A stretch of 64,000 nt of DNA, taken from the NCBI RefSeq assembly GCF_020745735.1, contig NC_083405.1, positions 60,974,345 to 61,038,344 of the forward strand, given 5' to 3'. The notes beneath the pieces were generated by a model. That model was not told where the DNA came from. It saw nothing but the letters and a program-made list of their open reading frames with translations, and searched no databases. This DNA is from Hemiscyllium ocellatum. Taxonomy: Eukaryota. A program made the position numbers and the translations under genes. Within the stretch, counting starts at the first letter, position 1. Every line of letters begins with the position of its first letter. Below are positions 46,770-58,700 of the stretch, piece by piece.

Positions 46770-49700
46770 CTAGAAGATCAATAAAAGAGGTTGATAACCA
46801 TCAATTCATATAATGCTTTATATATTTTAACTGAAATATCTGGAACAGCTATATCTGAACACAGGTATAACCAGAGTTGAGTTCTTTTGTTGTTGACTTC
46901 ACTCCATAACTTCATCACCCTTTTAGCGTAGTTTTTGGAAGTTTGTTCATCAACGTCTGTCTTAAATATAATTAATTTGCTCAGAACCCAGTCCTTCACT
47001 ATGACTTCAACTTGGCTTCATGCTTCATTATTTTCAATCTCTCCATTCTATCAACTCAGGCATACCATAATATCTTTCTGCTTTACCAACAATAGCAAAG
47101 ATGAAGTTAAAACACTCTGGAATTCTTTCAACTCCCCGGACTTGTGTTTTTCCCTGTCTCCTTACCATTAAAAATTTCTGCTAAATTTACTTCATTGAGA
47201 ACATTTTCATTCATAGAATCTTCGATTCCCTGCAGTGTGCAAGCAGGCCATTCAGCCCATCAAGTCCACACTGACTCTCTGAAGAGCATCCCATCCTATC
47301 CTTGTAACTCTGCATTTACCATGACCAATCCACCTGACCTGCACATCTTTGGATTGTGGGAGGGAAACAGAGCACCCAGAGGAAACCCACACAGACATGG
47401 AGAGAATATGCAATTCAAAATTTGGGAGAAAGTTTGTAACTCGGGTGCTCGTTGTTGTGGTTCTGTTCGCCGAGCTGGGAATTTGTGTTGCAAACATTTT
47501 GTCCCCTGTCTCGGTGACATCCTCAGTGCTTGGGAGCCTCCTGTGAAGTGCTTCTGTGATCTTTCCTCTGAGGATGTCACCGAGACAGGGGACGAAACGT
47601 TTGCAACACACGTTCCCAGCTGGGCGAACAGAACCACAACAACGAGCACCTGAGCTACAAATCTTCTCCCAAAGATTCAAGCCACTACAAATGCCGGAGG
47701 AAATATCACAGAAGCGCTTCACAGGAGGCTCCCAAGCACTGAGGATGTTACCCAGACAGGAGATGAATATTTGCAACACAAATTCCCAGCTCGGCGAACA
47801 GAACTACAAGAACATGCAATCTCCGCACAGTCACCCAAAGCTGGAATCAAACCCAAGTCCCTGCTGCTGTGAGGTGGCAGTGCTAACCACTGACCCACTA
47901 TATTGCCCGTTACTTCTAGTTTACTACACCTTCCTCTGCCATCACACTCACTCACAAACTTTTTCATAAATAAATAGCCTTCTTTTGAGCAGGCCTGTGT
48001 TTCACCGGAAGGGATTTTGTTACATATTTTGGTGTCATGCTGTTTCCAATACATTTTTTGTAACTGCAGGCAAATTGTAAATCAGAACAATTAAGGTCAT
48101 GACTCATCTCAAACTTTGAATAGTCATGTTATCGTTTCATATTTTTAATATATAACATCAAGCCGAATTTAATTTCCCAAAGATCACATAGTAATTCTAT
48201 GTAAACCTGTAGATGAGCAGGCTTTCTACAATGGAGTAATGAGTTTTACAAAGGCATTTACTATTTTAAGATCTTTAACCCAAGTTAGAAGTGATGTTCT
48301 TCAGGAGATAATTTAATTACTGTTCAAAGGTGGAACATTAATATAATAGGTGAATATTTAGAGTAGATGCAGTATGTTATGCTCAAAGTGAAATAGTATT
48401 CTCACTATTTTTCTGAACTATTTCTTGTTGAACTTAATGGAGTAATGGTCATAGCAAGTATGGGAGATTCTGAGGAAGGATCAGTCAACACAAAACATTA
48501 ACTCTGATTTCTCCCCACAGACGCTGCTGGACCTACTGAACTTTTCCAACAATTTCTATTTTTTGTCCCTGCCTTAGATATTAAACCCCTACAGTATGGA
48601 AACAGGCCATTTGGCCCAACAAGTCCACATGAACCCTCTGAAGAGCATCCCTCCCAGACCCATCACCTTAACTGGTAATCCTACATTTCCCATGACTAAT
48701 GCACATAGCTGACACTTCCCTGTACACATTATGGGCAATTTAACACAGCCAATTCACCTAACCAGCACATCTTTGGACCGTGGGAGGAAACCCACGCAAA
48801 CACAGAGTAACACCACACAGATAGTGGTCTAAGGCTAGAATTGAACCTGGAACTCTGACACTGTGAGACAGCAGTACTAAACCACTCAACCACCATGCCA
48901 TGCCACTTTAACTGAGTAAAGTGTTTTATTAGGTATAGATTGGTTCATCTTTAATTTGTAACAAATTAATCAAGTTATTGCAACATTTATATCACATGAG
49001 TCTGAATAAAACAGGTTTTAAACTTCATTTATTAAATCTAAATTAGTGAAATTATGATCATCAAAAATATTCTGCTCCCCGTACTGAACCAGTAAAAATG
49101 GTAACATTTTAACCTACCTTCATAAAGATGTTACACACCATTTTAAAACTTACAGTGGGTTTTATTTTTAATCCTGAAAATCAATAATCCATAGTCCAGA
49201 ACACAGCCCTAATTAAAGCTGATGGTTTGGAGTTTCTCAAATACCTGTCATTCCACAAGCACAGCGACCACTCTCTGGACTCGCACCTCCCCAGTAGAAC
49301 ATTCTTCTTCCATCCCAGGATGTCCACCAGCCCCAGGCTGCTTGAATGAAGCGAATATGGCGACAGTCCAGCTATGGACACAATAGCACATTCTGAACAG
49401 GAGCAACATAAAATCATAAAGCACTTATTCCTGCAACCCTACTCAGGTTTATTTTTACTGAATTATATGCTCTTTTGAGAAGTTTTTGATGCATTTAGAA
49501 CAGCTAGAGATTCTACCATGCTGTCTCACCAATTATCCCAGAAGACCCCTCTGATACACACACATTATTATCAGGTTGTAAGTTTGGTCACTGAGCTGGT
49601 AGGTTTGTTGTCAGATGTTTCATCACCATGCTCGGTAACATTATCAGTGAGCCTCCGGTGAAGCAGTGGTGTTCTTTCCCACTTGCTATTTATGTGTCTT

Positions 49701-52700
49701 AGTCTATTGTGGTGGATAGTATCATTTCTGGTTCTGTTTCTGAGAGGTTGGTAAATGGGGTCGAAATCAATGTGTTTGTTAATGGAGTTCGGGCTTGAAT
49801 GCCAGGCCTGTAGGAATTCCCATGCATGTTTTTGTTTAGTCAGTCCCAGGATGGATGTATTGTCCCAGTCGAACTGGTGTCCCTCTTTGTTTGTGTGTGT
49901 GGATACCAGTGATAGTTGGTCATGTTTTTTGGTGGTTAGTTGGTGCTCATGTATCCTGGTGGCTAGTTCCCTGCCTGTCTGTCCAATGTAATGTTTGTTG
50001 CAGCCCTTGCAGGGTATTTTGTATATAATGTTTGTTCTGCTGGTTGTGGGTACGGGGACCTTTAAATTAATCAGTGGTTGCTTTAGTGTAGTGGTCGGTT
50101 TGTGGGCTACCATGATGCCTTGGGGCCGAAGCAGTCTGGTGGTCATTTCTGAAATGTTTTTGATGTATGGTAGGGTAACTAGAGTCTCCGGGTGTGTTGT
50201 GTCTTGCTAGGCAAAAGTGAGGACTGCAGATGCTGGAAATTAGAGTCAAGGTCAGAGTGATGCTCAGAGAGCCAAAAGGAATACAGGGAGAATGCTGGTA
50301 AGTGGAGTTGAAATGCCCATCAGCCATGATTGAATGGTGGAGTTGACTCGATGGGCTGAATGGCCTTACTTCCACTCCTATTGTCTTATGGTCTTATGGA
50401 AAGGCACAGCAGGTCAGGCAGCATCCAGAGAAGGAAAATCGACGTTTCGGGCACGAGTCTTCATCAGGAATCAGAAAAAGTGTTGTGTCTTCCTGTTTAG
50501 ATCTGTTGTGGGGCCTTGTTTATTCAGCTCTATAATCTGTCAGTGAGTTCAGTTTTATTTAACCACAAAGGGATTTATTTTGGGAGGAGACAGGAAATGG
50601 AGAGTTTATTTCCATCATGTTGGATTGTACGTGTGCTACACAGTATCTTCATTTATTTAATGAATTCAAATAATAAAGCCTTTTTTTTTAATTTCACAAA
50701 AACAAAGGTGGTCAGAGGCAAGGCACTAACAGGTTGAATGAAAGGGAAAACTGGAAAGCTGAATGAATGGACGATCAGTCACTGTGGGTCCACGGTGCTA
50801 TTGGAAATTATCAGGACAGGCCAACAATGGAATTAACCCTCAAATAGACTTAGATTTTGGACTGAAGTAACAATAAGCATAGGGTTTAGAAAAAAATTGC
50901 AATGTATAGGAGATGAAAGAACATAAATTTTGCAAAACTGTTGAGAAAGCTTAAAAATCTGCACTGATAATAAACTGTGTTCTTTATGAATTTTCCAGTG
51001 CTCTGACCTTGACATACTGCTCACAGGATTCAGAAATGCTTGTGAGAGCATTCAGCTGATTCAGCTCTGCTTCATATTTTATCTCTTTTGTGTAGCAGCC
51101 AGGATCCTCACAGGGAGCTACTCTTGTGCGTCTTTCACTGTCATGGCTCACGATGGTTATACCTGCATCAGACACATGGCAGTCAGTGTTTTTTTTTAAA
51201 ACTCTTATGTAAACACCTTGTTATAATTTGTGGCCAATATTTTCTTCTTAGTTGCTGTTGAATTTGTGGCAAATTAATATGTTTTGGTGTTAAAGCATAA
51301 TTCATATTTTCTTCTGAATCCCATTGTTTTATTATCATGCGATGAAGCAGAATAAATTTGCAATTGATTTAGCAACTTCAACCCCAGTTAACTGCCATTA
51401 TGAGAAGGGATGCAACAAGACATTCTTTGTAATTTCAGCATGACAATTATTTTTCTAATTATTGAAATAGAATGTGCATAATGTGGTATAAATTATTAGA
51501 TGGAAACATTGCTTCATTTATCAGGATACCCTTCTGGTGAGTTTCATCATTTTTATCACGAGGGCTGTGAATTAAAATCCTGCTCACAATGCCATCTTTT
51601 GGAATGAGATGGGTATGAAAGGGTTAACACAGTTTTGTTCTGGTACTTGACAAGTTATCAGTTGAATGTTAATACAGCTTCGATCATTCAATTTAACTGC
51701 TGCATTTGTGTATCACAATGCTGCCTGTGTAGCATTCTACTAATCACCACATCATTCAGACTGGTCGTAAAATCAGAGATGGGAAATTGTGGATTGAATT
51801 TAGATTGAGATGATTTTGGACCAGTTCAATATCCTAGAAATTTGCCAAGTTTTGATTGTAAAACTTGCAAAATTTGGACCAGTTGGGCCTATAAACTAAT
51901 GTCCCTTTAGTTAATGATTCTGGACAGTAGTTTATCTGATTCTGCTATTCAGCGGGTTACCAATAAACTGAATGGCAACTGAGGACAGCAGCAGCCTTCC
52001 TGCCCTGCTACACTCTCCACAACAACCCACCTTTGACGGTCCCTATCCCCACCACCACTCATCATCATAAGTGGGATTTTAATTGGAAGTCACCTACAGA
52101 TGTATATGACATGAGTAGAGCCCAAAATGTCAGTTTAAAACCCTGAAGAAATTCCAACATTCCCGAAAAATTTCAAGCACATTCTGCCTTTGGAATACAT
52201 CTCTAAAAAGTTAACCTAAAGTTAGAATAAATGTGCTCTTAACAATGCCTGTAAAATTCTGATTCAATTATCTTAATCGAAACATGTTAAAATTTGTGTT
52301 TACTTTAAAGTTTACCATGGAGATTCCATCATTTAGCTGATATCGTTCTCTGACAATGTGACTGTGAAGGATAAACAGGATGTGTGCAAATAGGCAGGTG
52401 GAACTGGTTTCGTATGGAATTAGGGCCGGCACAGATTGGTTAGGCCACAGGGTCTGTTTCCATGCAGTATGACTCAATGAATGGCTGCGACTACGTTGTG
52501 TCTTAAATGTATTTCTGTGGTTTTGAATTTATTCATTCATGAGTCTTTCAATTACTTTAATAACAGCTCATTTGATTTTCGGCTTTTGTTCAGATCAAGA
52601 ATAACTAGCGACAGTCACTTGTCATTTTGACAGAATCTAATTACCTGTTGATTGGTCAGAGGCCAAATCACAGAAAACTTCAAATGGTGCAACTCCCCTT

Positions 52701-55700
52701 CCAGCACCATCTGGGTCAATGACATAACGACGTGATTCCTGGAACCCTGCCTTTTTCAGTGCAGTACAGGACTCCAGCACCGAAACCTGGGAACCTATAA
52801 ACCACAGGTAAATCACACAGCCAGTGTTAAATTGACTGCATGTAGAAAATATACATGGATAGCATCACCTCAAGGACAAAGGACTTGCCACATATGGTTT
52901 GCACTTTCACTCTGGTTTGTATGACTTTCAGCAATAACAATTCAACAACAACTTGATTTTTTTTAAATTAAAAGAAAGTCTCAAGTTATTTCACAAATAG
53001 GGTTGAAAGAGATAGATGTCAAACACAGGAGGAAGAGATTAGGGACTGAGGTAGGTTAGTGGGGAATTTGCATTTGTTCTGGGAGGTGGGTTTTAAGAAA
53101 TTTCTTGCTAAGGAGGAACTTGTAGCAATTATAACCTCAACATCTGAGGGAGGGCTCTGTGACGAATGTTGTAGTGAAAGAGTGTGGGGGGATATTCCAA
53201 AAGTCCCAAGTAAAAGGGATAGAGGGAAGGAAATAGGTCTGAAAGAGATTATGGGATCGAATTAGGAAAAGCAAAAGGAAATTTTGCCAAGTACTTTCCA
53301 ATCCTTTTATTAATTATTTAAACCTCCATTTCTGTATATTCATCAGTGCCGTGTAAAGTAGATCAAATCTTTTTTCAGCCTCCTGTTCTATGATTGAGAT
53401 TGTGTTAGCTTACTGTTGTGAATTGGTGCCCTGCTAAATCTTCAATGCCTATAAGGTTAAAATTAAGCATTTTCCACTGGAATCTCCACACCATCAGAAT
53501 TCATGCTTAATCCTAGCTACGGATTCAGAGCCCTTCACTGCACAGTCTCCAATGCTTAGTTATCCTTCATATAATTGATTGATTATACATTGTCTCCCAC
53601 ATGGGACTGAGCCAATGCATTATACAAACTCTATCACTGAGACATATATATACTACTGGTTTAGTTATACATCCCAAGATCCTACTTAACTCTATTCACT
53701 GCTGCTTTACAATGTTTTGTGGGCTTCAGCAATTTATCTACCAATGTCTGCAAATCCTTTTCTTGCATTTTTACTGTAAAATAAGACCTTGTGGTGCCAC
53801 TGCTTATTAACTTCACAGCTAAAAAGATTGACGTCATTTCAGTGAAACTAGTCCTCGCTGAACAGTTTTCTCCTTCCCAAGGAATGGTCCGAATGTATCG
53901 TGGTTCCACACGCACCATCCTTTAAGCCTCACAATCTTTTTTTGTCTCTCCCACCCAGCTCAGAGTGTGGCACTTCTAGCAATTCTAAGATTACTACCTT
54001 GGGAATCTAAGGGCTATTCCTTTCTCTTTGAAACTGAATTTCAAAGGCTTGAGCCTGCTCTTTCATAATTACTTCCTATGTTAACCAACGCCTGTGGCTA
54101 TTTTCACAATCCTTTAAGAAATGTTTCTCTACCTACTTATTAAATCTTGAGGCAAAGTACCATAGGGAACTCCTGACATGAATGCAAAAGAAAAATTAGC
54201 TATCTCTCAATTAATAGGATCTGTATAATGATGACCTTCCTATTTTTTTCTACTTCATTAACAATGTGTTTTTCTCTCAATATGCCCTGATGTCTGCTTC
54301 ATAGCTATTCAGTATCTGGCAATAGCATTGAAAGTTTGGGAATGCCAAAGTTTTGAACTCTGTTTCTTCAGCTGTGACCTATTTAGTTAATTTTTCAATC
54401 TGTGGAATAGTGGTAACATGGAATGTGTGGAATTTAACTCTGCACTTTGGAAGTTGTACCCCTGATTATAAATGTCAGTACACACCTGCCCCCGTCCTGG
54501 TGATTTTCCTACAAACACTTTTGACTGACTGGTCCTTAACTGAATCAAGGCAGGTCTCTCAGTACCTTCTGGGAAGGAAGTCCCTCCTCTGAGATCTAAT
54601 GAACAATCAAATGGCTGGCAGATCCCACCAGTGCCACCATGAGTGATGGTCACTACTGCATCCAATTCCCAATATGATCATTCTTGGAGCCAGTAACCAA
54701 GGTAACTGGAGGGGCTTCGTGAGGGCCAGACTATGGCTGGAGATAGGGTCTAGTATGGGAAACTGCGGTAGATAAGTCACAGAAGGAGGGAAAGATCTTG
54801 AGGAGATTGGCCTCCAAGAGATTTCACTCACCTCCAAAACAGTACTGAAAGGGCCAGACAGCAGACTTGATGCCAGCCTCTGCCTGCTGTGCATAACACT
54901 GCAGCAGGAATAGGGGAGGGTAGGTAGGTGCCAAGAAACATGCCCATAGTATTGAGTCCAATTTTTTTAAAACCACAACCACTGCCAACCTGCTCCGGGG
55001 AGAGTATAAAATTCAAGCTCAAAAGTTGCACTTTGCAGACATCAACTCGTCATTAAAATGTCGGTAACACAATTCTCTGATAATTCCGACAAATGTAACG
55101 TTCACCATGCACAGGATTACATGTGCTGTTCTCATTAGTCAATTATTTCCAAATGATGAATCCATCTTTTATATGCAATAGTTGACTCACCAATCATTAC
55201 TAGTCTTGATCAAGCTTTCCCAGAGTAGTACGACTAAAGAAACAATGAGGAAAAAGAACATGCTTGTATTTTAGACTAGATTAAATTCCCTACAGTGTGG
55301 AGACAGGCCCTTGTTGTCACAAAAGTACCAAAGAGATAGTAAAGGCAATTAAGCCCAAGCCTGGCTTCCAGAAGTTAGAAACAATTTAAGGAATTGACCT
55401 GGGAACAGACAGTCTCCCTCTAACTTTAGTCCCAGAATTATACTTCAAAAAAAATTAAATTACAGTAATCACAGATGTTATTCTGTAATGTTTATTGTGA
55501 GCAAAGGAAGGCAATTCAGAATTAATAATTTCTTCAAATAGAAGTGATCTTTGTTTAAAATCTCCTTTTAGTAAGGTCATTGTAATACCATGTATTATGA
55601 AAGGATGAAATGTTTTCCTTGGCTAAAGATGTTTCCAATTTGTAACTAATCAGGCAACTTACCTAAACATCTGCAGTTCATAAAATCTGTCACTAAATCT

Positions 55701-58700
55701 ACAAAAAGTATTGAACAGGTCATGCAAGTGGGAGTAAAACAATGTTTGTTTCAATTGCACCCAAGATGGTTTTTTTAACTATGGAAAGCTAAGTGACAGC
55801 TGGATTTCTTGTACTGCAAGAAATCTGTCAGGAAGCCTCCTGCTTTGTAACGGGCTGCTATCAAATCAGAGGCACCACCATCTACAAGGTTTACACAATA
55901 TTAAAACTAACATATAATCTTAGCACTTTATGCATAAATCATTTCAACTTTTTTTGAGTTTTCAAAACATTCAAACATCGTAACTGTATTCCCCTCACAC
56001 TGCATTTTTACAACTAAGATGTAAGGGCTGCTCGCAATGAAGCTGCTCACACGCCCGATGTAAGTGCAGCTGGAGTGCTGGGGATTGGTGGAAAGTTGGG
56101 CAAGAACAAGGTACCAAGATCTCTCCACAGACGCATCTTGGAGAACATTCACTGAGAGGCCAGCACAATCCTTTTGCCTATTGATATTCCCATAGGTTGA
56201 ATCTCCAATCTACCCGAGAATTTCAGCCCAGGAAAGAAATCAACTTCCAGGTCTTTGCTAAAATAGATGTAAACATGTGGCCTATAGGAACATCTAGGGT
56301 AAAGTCATTGTCTGATCCAATTTTTATTTATGGTCAGCACTTTGATTCTTGCGCATTACAAGCAGGGATTTCAACTTTTATAGGGGACCCGCCATTGGTC
56401 TACTGAATGTTAATTTATGTATCTAATGTTGTGTATCATCCAAATCCATGCCTCACCCCAATGAGATCTTGGGACCAGCACATGCTGTTGAAGGTATATG
56501 AAGTTGAAATGGTGGAGGTAGTTCAAGGGAAACTAACCAATTTTCTGGCCTCTGCATTGGAATACCACCAACCCCTGGCAATGCCAGAAAATGGTAAAGA
56601 TACACACAGCCCCTTTGTAGCCCCTATGTCAAGCTGCATCCCTCTACCCACAACCTCCCATCTTGGAGCTTTATGATTTCAATGCCAACTTATGTCAATC
56701 CATGTTCCCCTCACCATTTGCCCTTACAACAATCAGTTCATCCAATCCTAAAATCTACCATGGACAGACCTCAAAATCCTGTTGGATGCAGAGTGCAGGA
56801 GGACATGGCAGGAGCAGCATCAGGCATACGGAAAAAGGGGGTATCATCCTGGTGAAATTACCAAACAGGATGACTTGCACTCCAAACAGCACAAGCAGCA
56901 AATGGTAGAGCTAACTGAGTTCAAAACCAAAGAGTCAGGTTAGTGCTCTGCAGTGCTGCCACATCCAGATGAGAATAATTGTGGAGAATTAAACAACGCA
57001 TTGTAGGAGGGGGCTCCACAAATACTTCCATCTCAATGATGGAAGAGTTCAACACACCAGTATAAAAGAGAAGGCTGAAGCATTTGCGGCAATCTTCAGC
57101 CAGAACGGCCAAGTAGGTGATCCATCTTGGTCTCTTCTAGTGATTCCCCAGCATCACATACCAAGTTCAGCCAACTGATTCACTCCACATGATACCAAGA
57201 AACAGTTGGAGGCACTGTATACTGAAATGGCTATGGGCCCCTGACAACATTCTGGCAATAGTACTGGAATATCTGTGCTCCAGAACTTGACGCACCCCTG
57301 GCTAATCTGTTCCAGTACAGTTACAACACTGACATTTACCCGACAATGTGGAAAACTGGCCAGGTATGTCCTGTATACAAAATGAAAACAAATCCAACCC
57401 GGCCAATTATCGCCCGATCAGTCTGCTCTCGATCATGAGAAAAGTGATGGAAGGTCTCATCAACAGTGCATCAAGCAGCAGCTGCTCAGCAATAACCTGC
57501 TCAGTGACGCCCAGTTTGGATTCCACCAGGGCCACTCAGCTCCTGACTAACATTTATGCTACTCAGGTGCCAGGCAATAACCATAAGAGGAGATAATCTA
57601 GCCATCATCCCCTAACATTTGATCACCTTACCATGGCTAAATTCACCATAATCAAAATCCCATGGGTTATCATTGAACAGAAACTCTATTGGAGGCAGTT
57701 CAGAGAAGGTTCACTGGATTAATTCCAAAGATTATAGAGATTGAGCAGTTTAAGCCTGTACCAGATAGAATATTGAAGCAGGAGAGGAAATTTAATTTAA
57801 GTATCTAAAACGCTAATCAGGGACATAGAGTCATAGAGATATACAGCACGGAAACAGATCCAACTCATCCATGCTGACCAGATATCCCAACCCAATCTAA
57901 TCCCACCTGCCAGCACCCGGCTCATATCCCTCCAAACCCTTCCTATTCACATACCCATCCAAATGCCTCTTAAATGTTGCAATTTGTACCAGCCTCCACC
58001 ACATCTTCTGGCAGCTTATTCCATACCACCCAATGCGTGAAAGAGTTGCCCCTTAGGTCTCTTTTATATCTTTCCCCTCTCACTGTAAACCTATACCCTC
58101 TAGTTCTGGACATTCCCACTCCAGGCAAAAGACTTTGCCTATTTATCCTATCCATGCCCCTCATGATTTTATAAAGCTCTATAAGGTCACCCCTCAGCCT
58201 CCGATGCTCCAGGGAAAACAGCCCTAGCCTATTCAACCTCTCCCCATAGCTCAAATCCGCTAACATCCTTGGCAACATCCTTGCAAATCTTTTCTGAACC
58301 CTTTCACGTTTCACAACATCCTTCCGATAGGAAGGGGAGCAGAGTTGCATGCAATATTCCAAAGTGTTTAGATTAGAGTGGTGCTGGAAAAGCACAGCAG
58401 GTCAGGCAGCATCCGAGAAGCAGGAAAATCGATGTTTCGGGCAAAATCCCTTCAACAAAGCCCTGATGAAGGGATTTTGCCCGAAACATTGATTTTCCTG
58501 CTCCTCGGATGCTGCCAGATCTGCTGTGCTTTTCCAGCACTACTCTAATCTGAACTCTGGCTTCCAGCATCTGCAGCCCACACTTTTGTCTATATTCCAA
58601 AAATGGCCCAACCAATGTCCTGTACAGATGCAACATGACCTTCCAACTCCTATACTCAATACTCTGACCAATAAAAGAAAGCATACCAAACGCCTTCTTC

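Larger units (their letters stand above)
47211..47908 (-). mobile_element. HE1-like SINE split by a Penelope insertion
   Basis: SINE halves 47211-47414 and 47809-47908 join to match 5876-6186. Confidence 0.88.

Noticed and set aside
47415-47808. CRISPR-like or regularly spaced repeat array
   Set aside because: The repeats are long Penelope terminal repeats in mixed orientation with no unique spacers.
49181-49417. Track ORF MILCCSCSEC... as a protein
   Set aside because: Wrong frame; the real exon (49245-49371) is read in another frame.
52786-52794. Second AG (gttcccag) as the acceptor of the 52.7-kb exon
   Set aside because: It would be phase 0 and break the frame with the phase-1 donor at 63459.
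53682-53918. ORF with PRYIRTIPWEG, faintly like a discoidin (F5/8C) strand, as an extra exon of the unnamed gene
   Set aside because: No polypyrimidine acceptor or other discoidin motifs, and the flanking exons already join in frame.
55313-55800. Possible LTR fragment
   Set aside because: No matching TSD or convincing termini.
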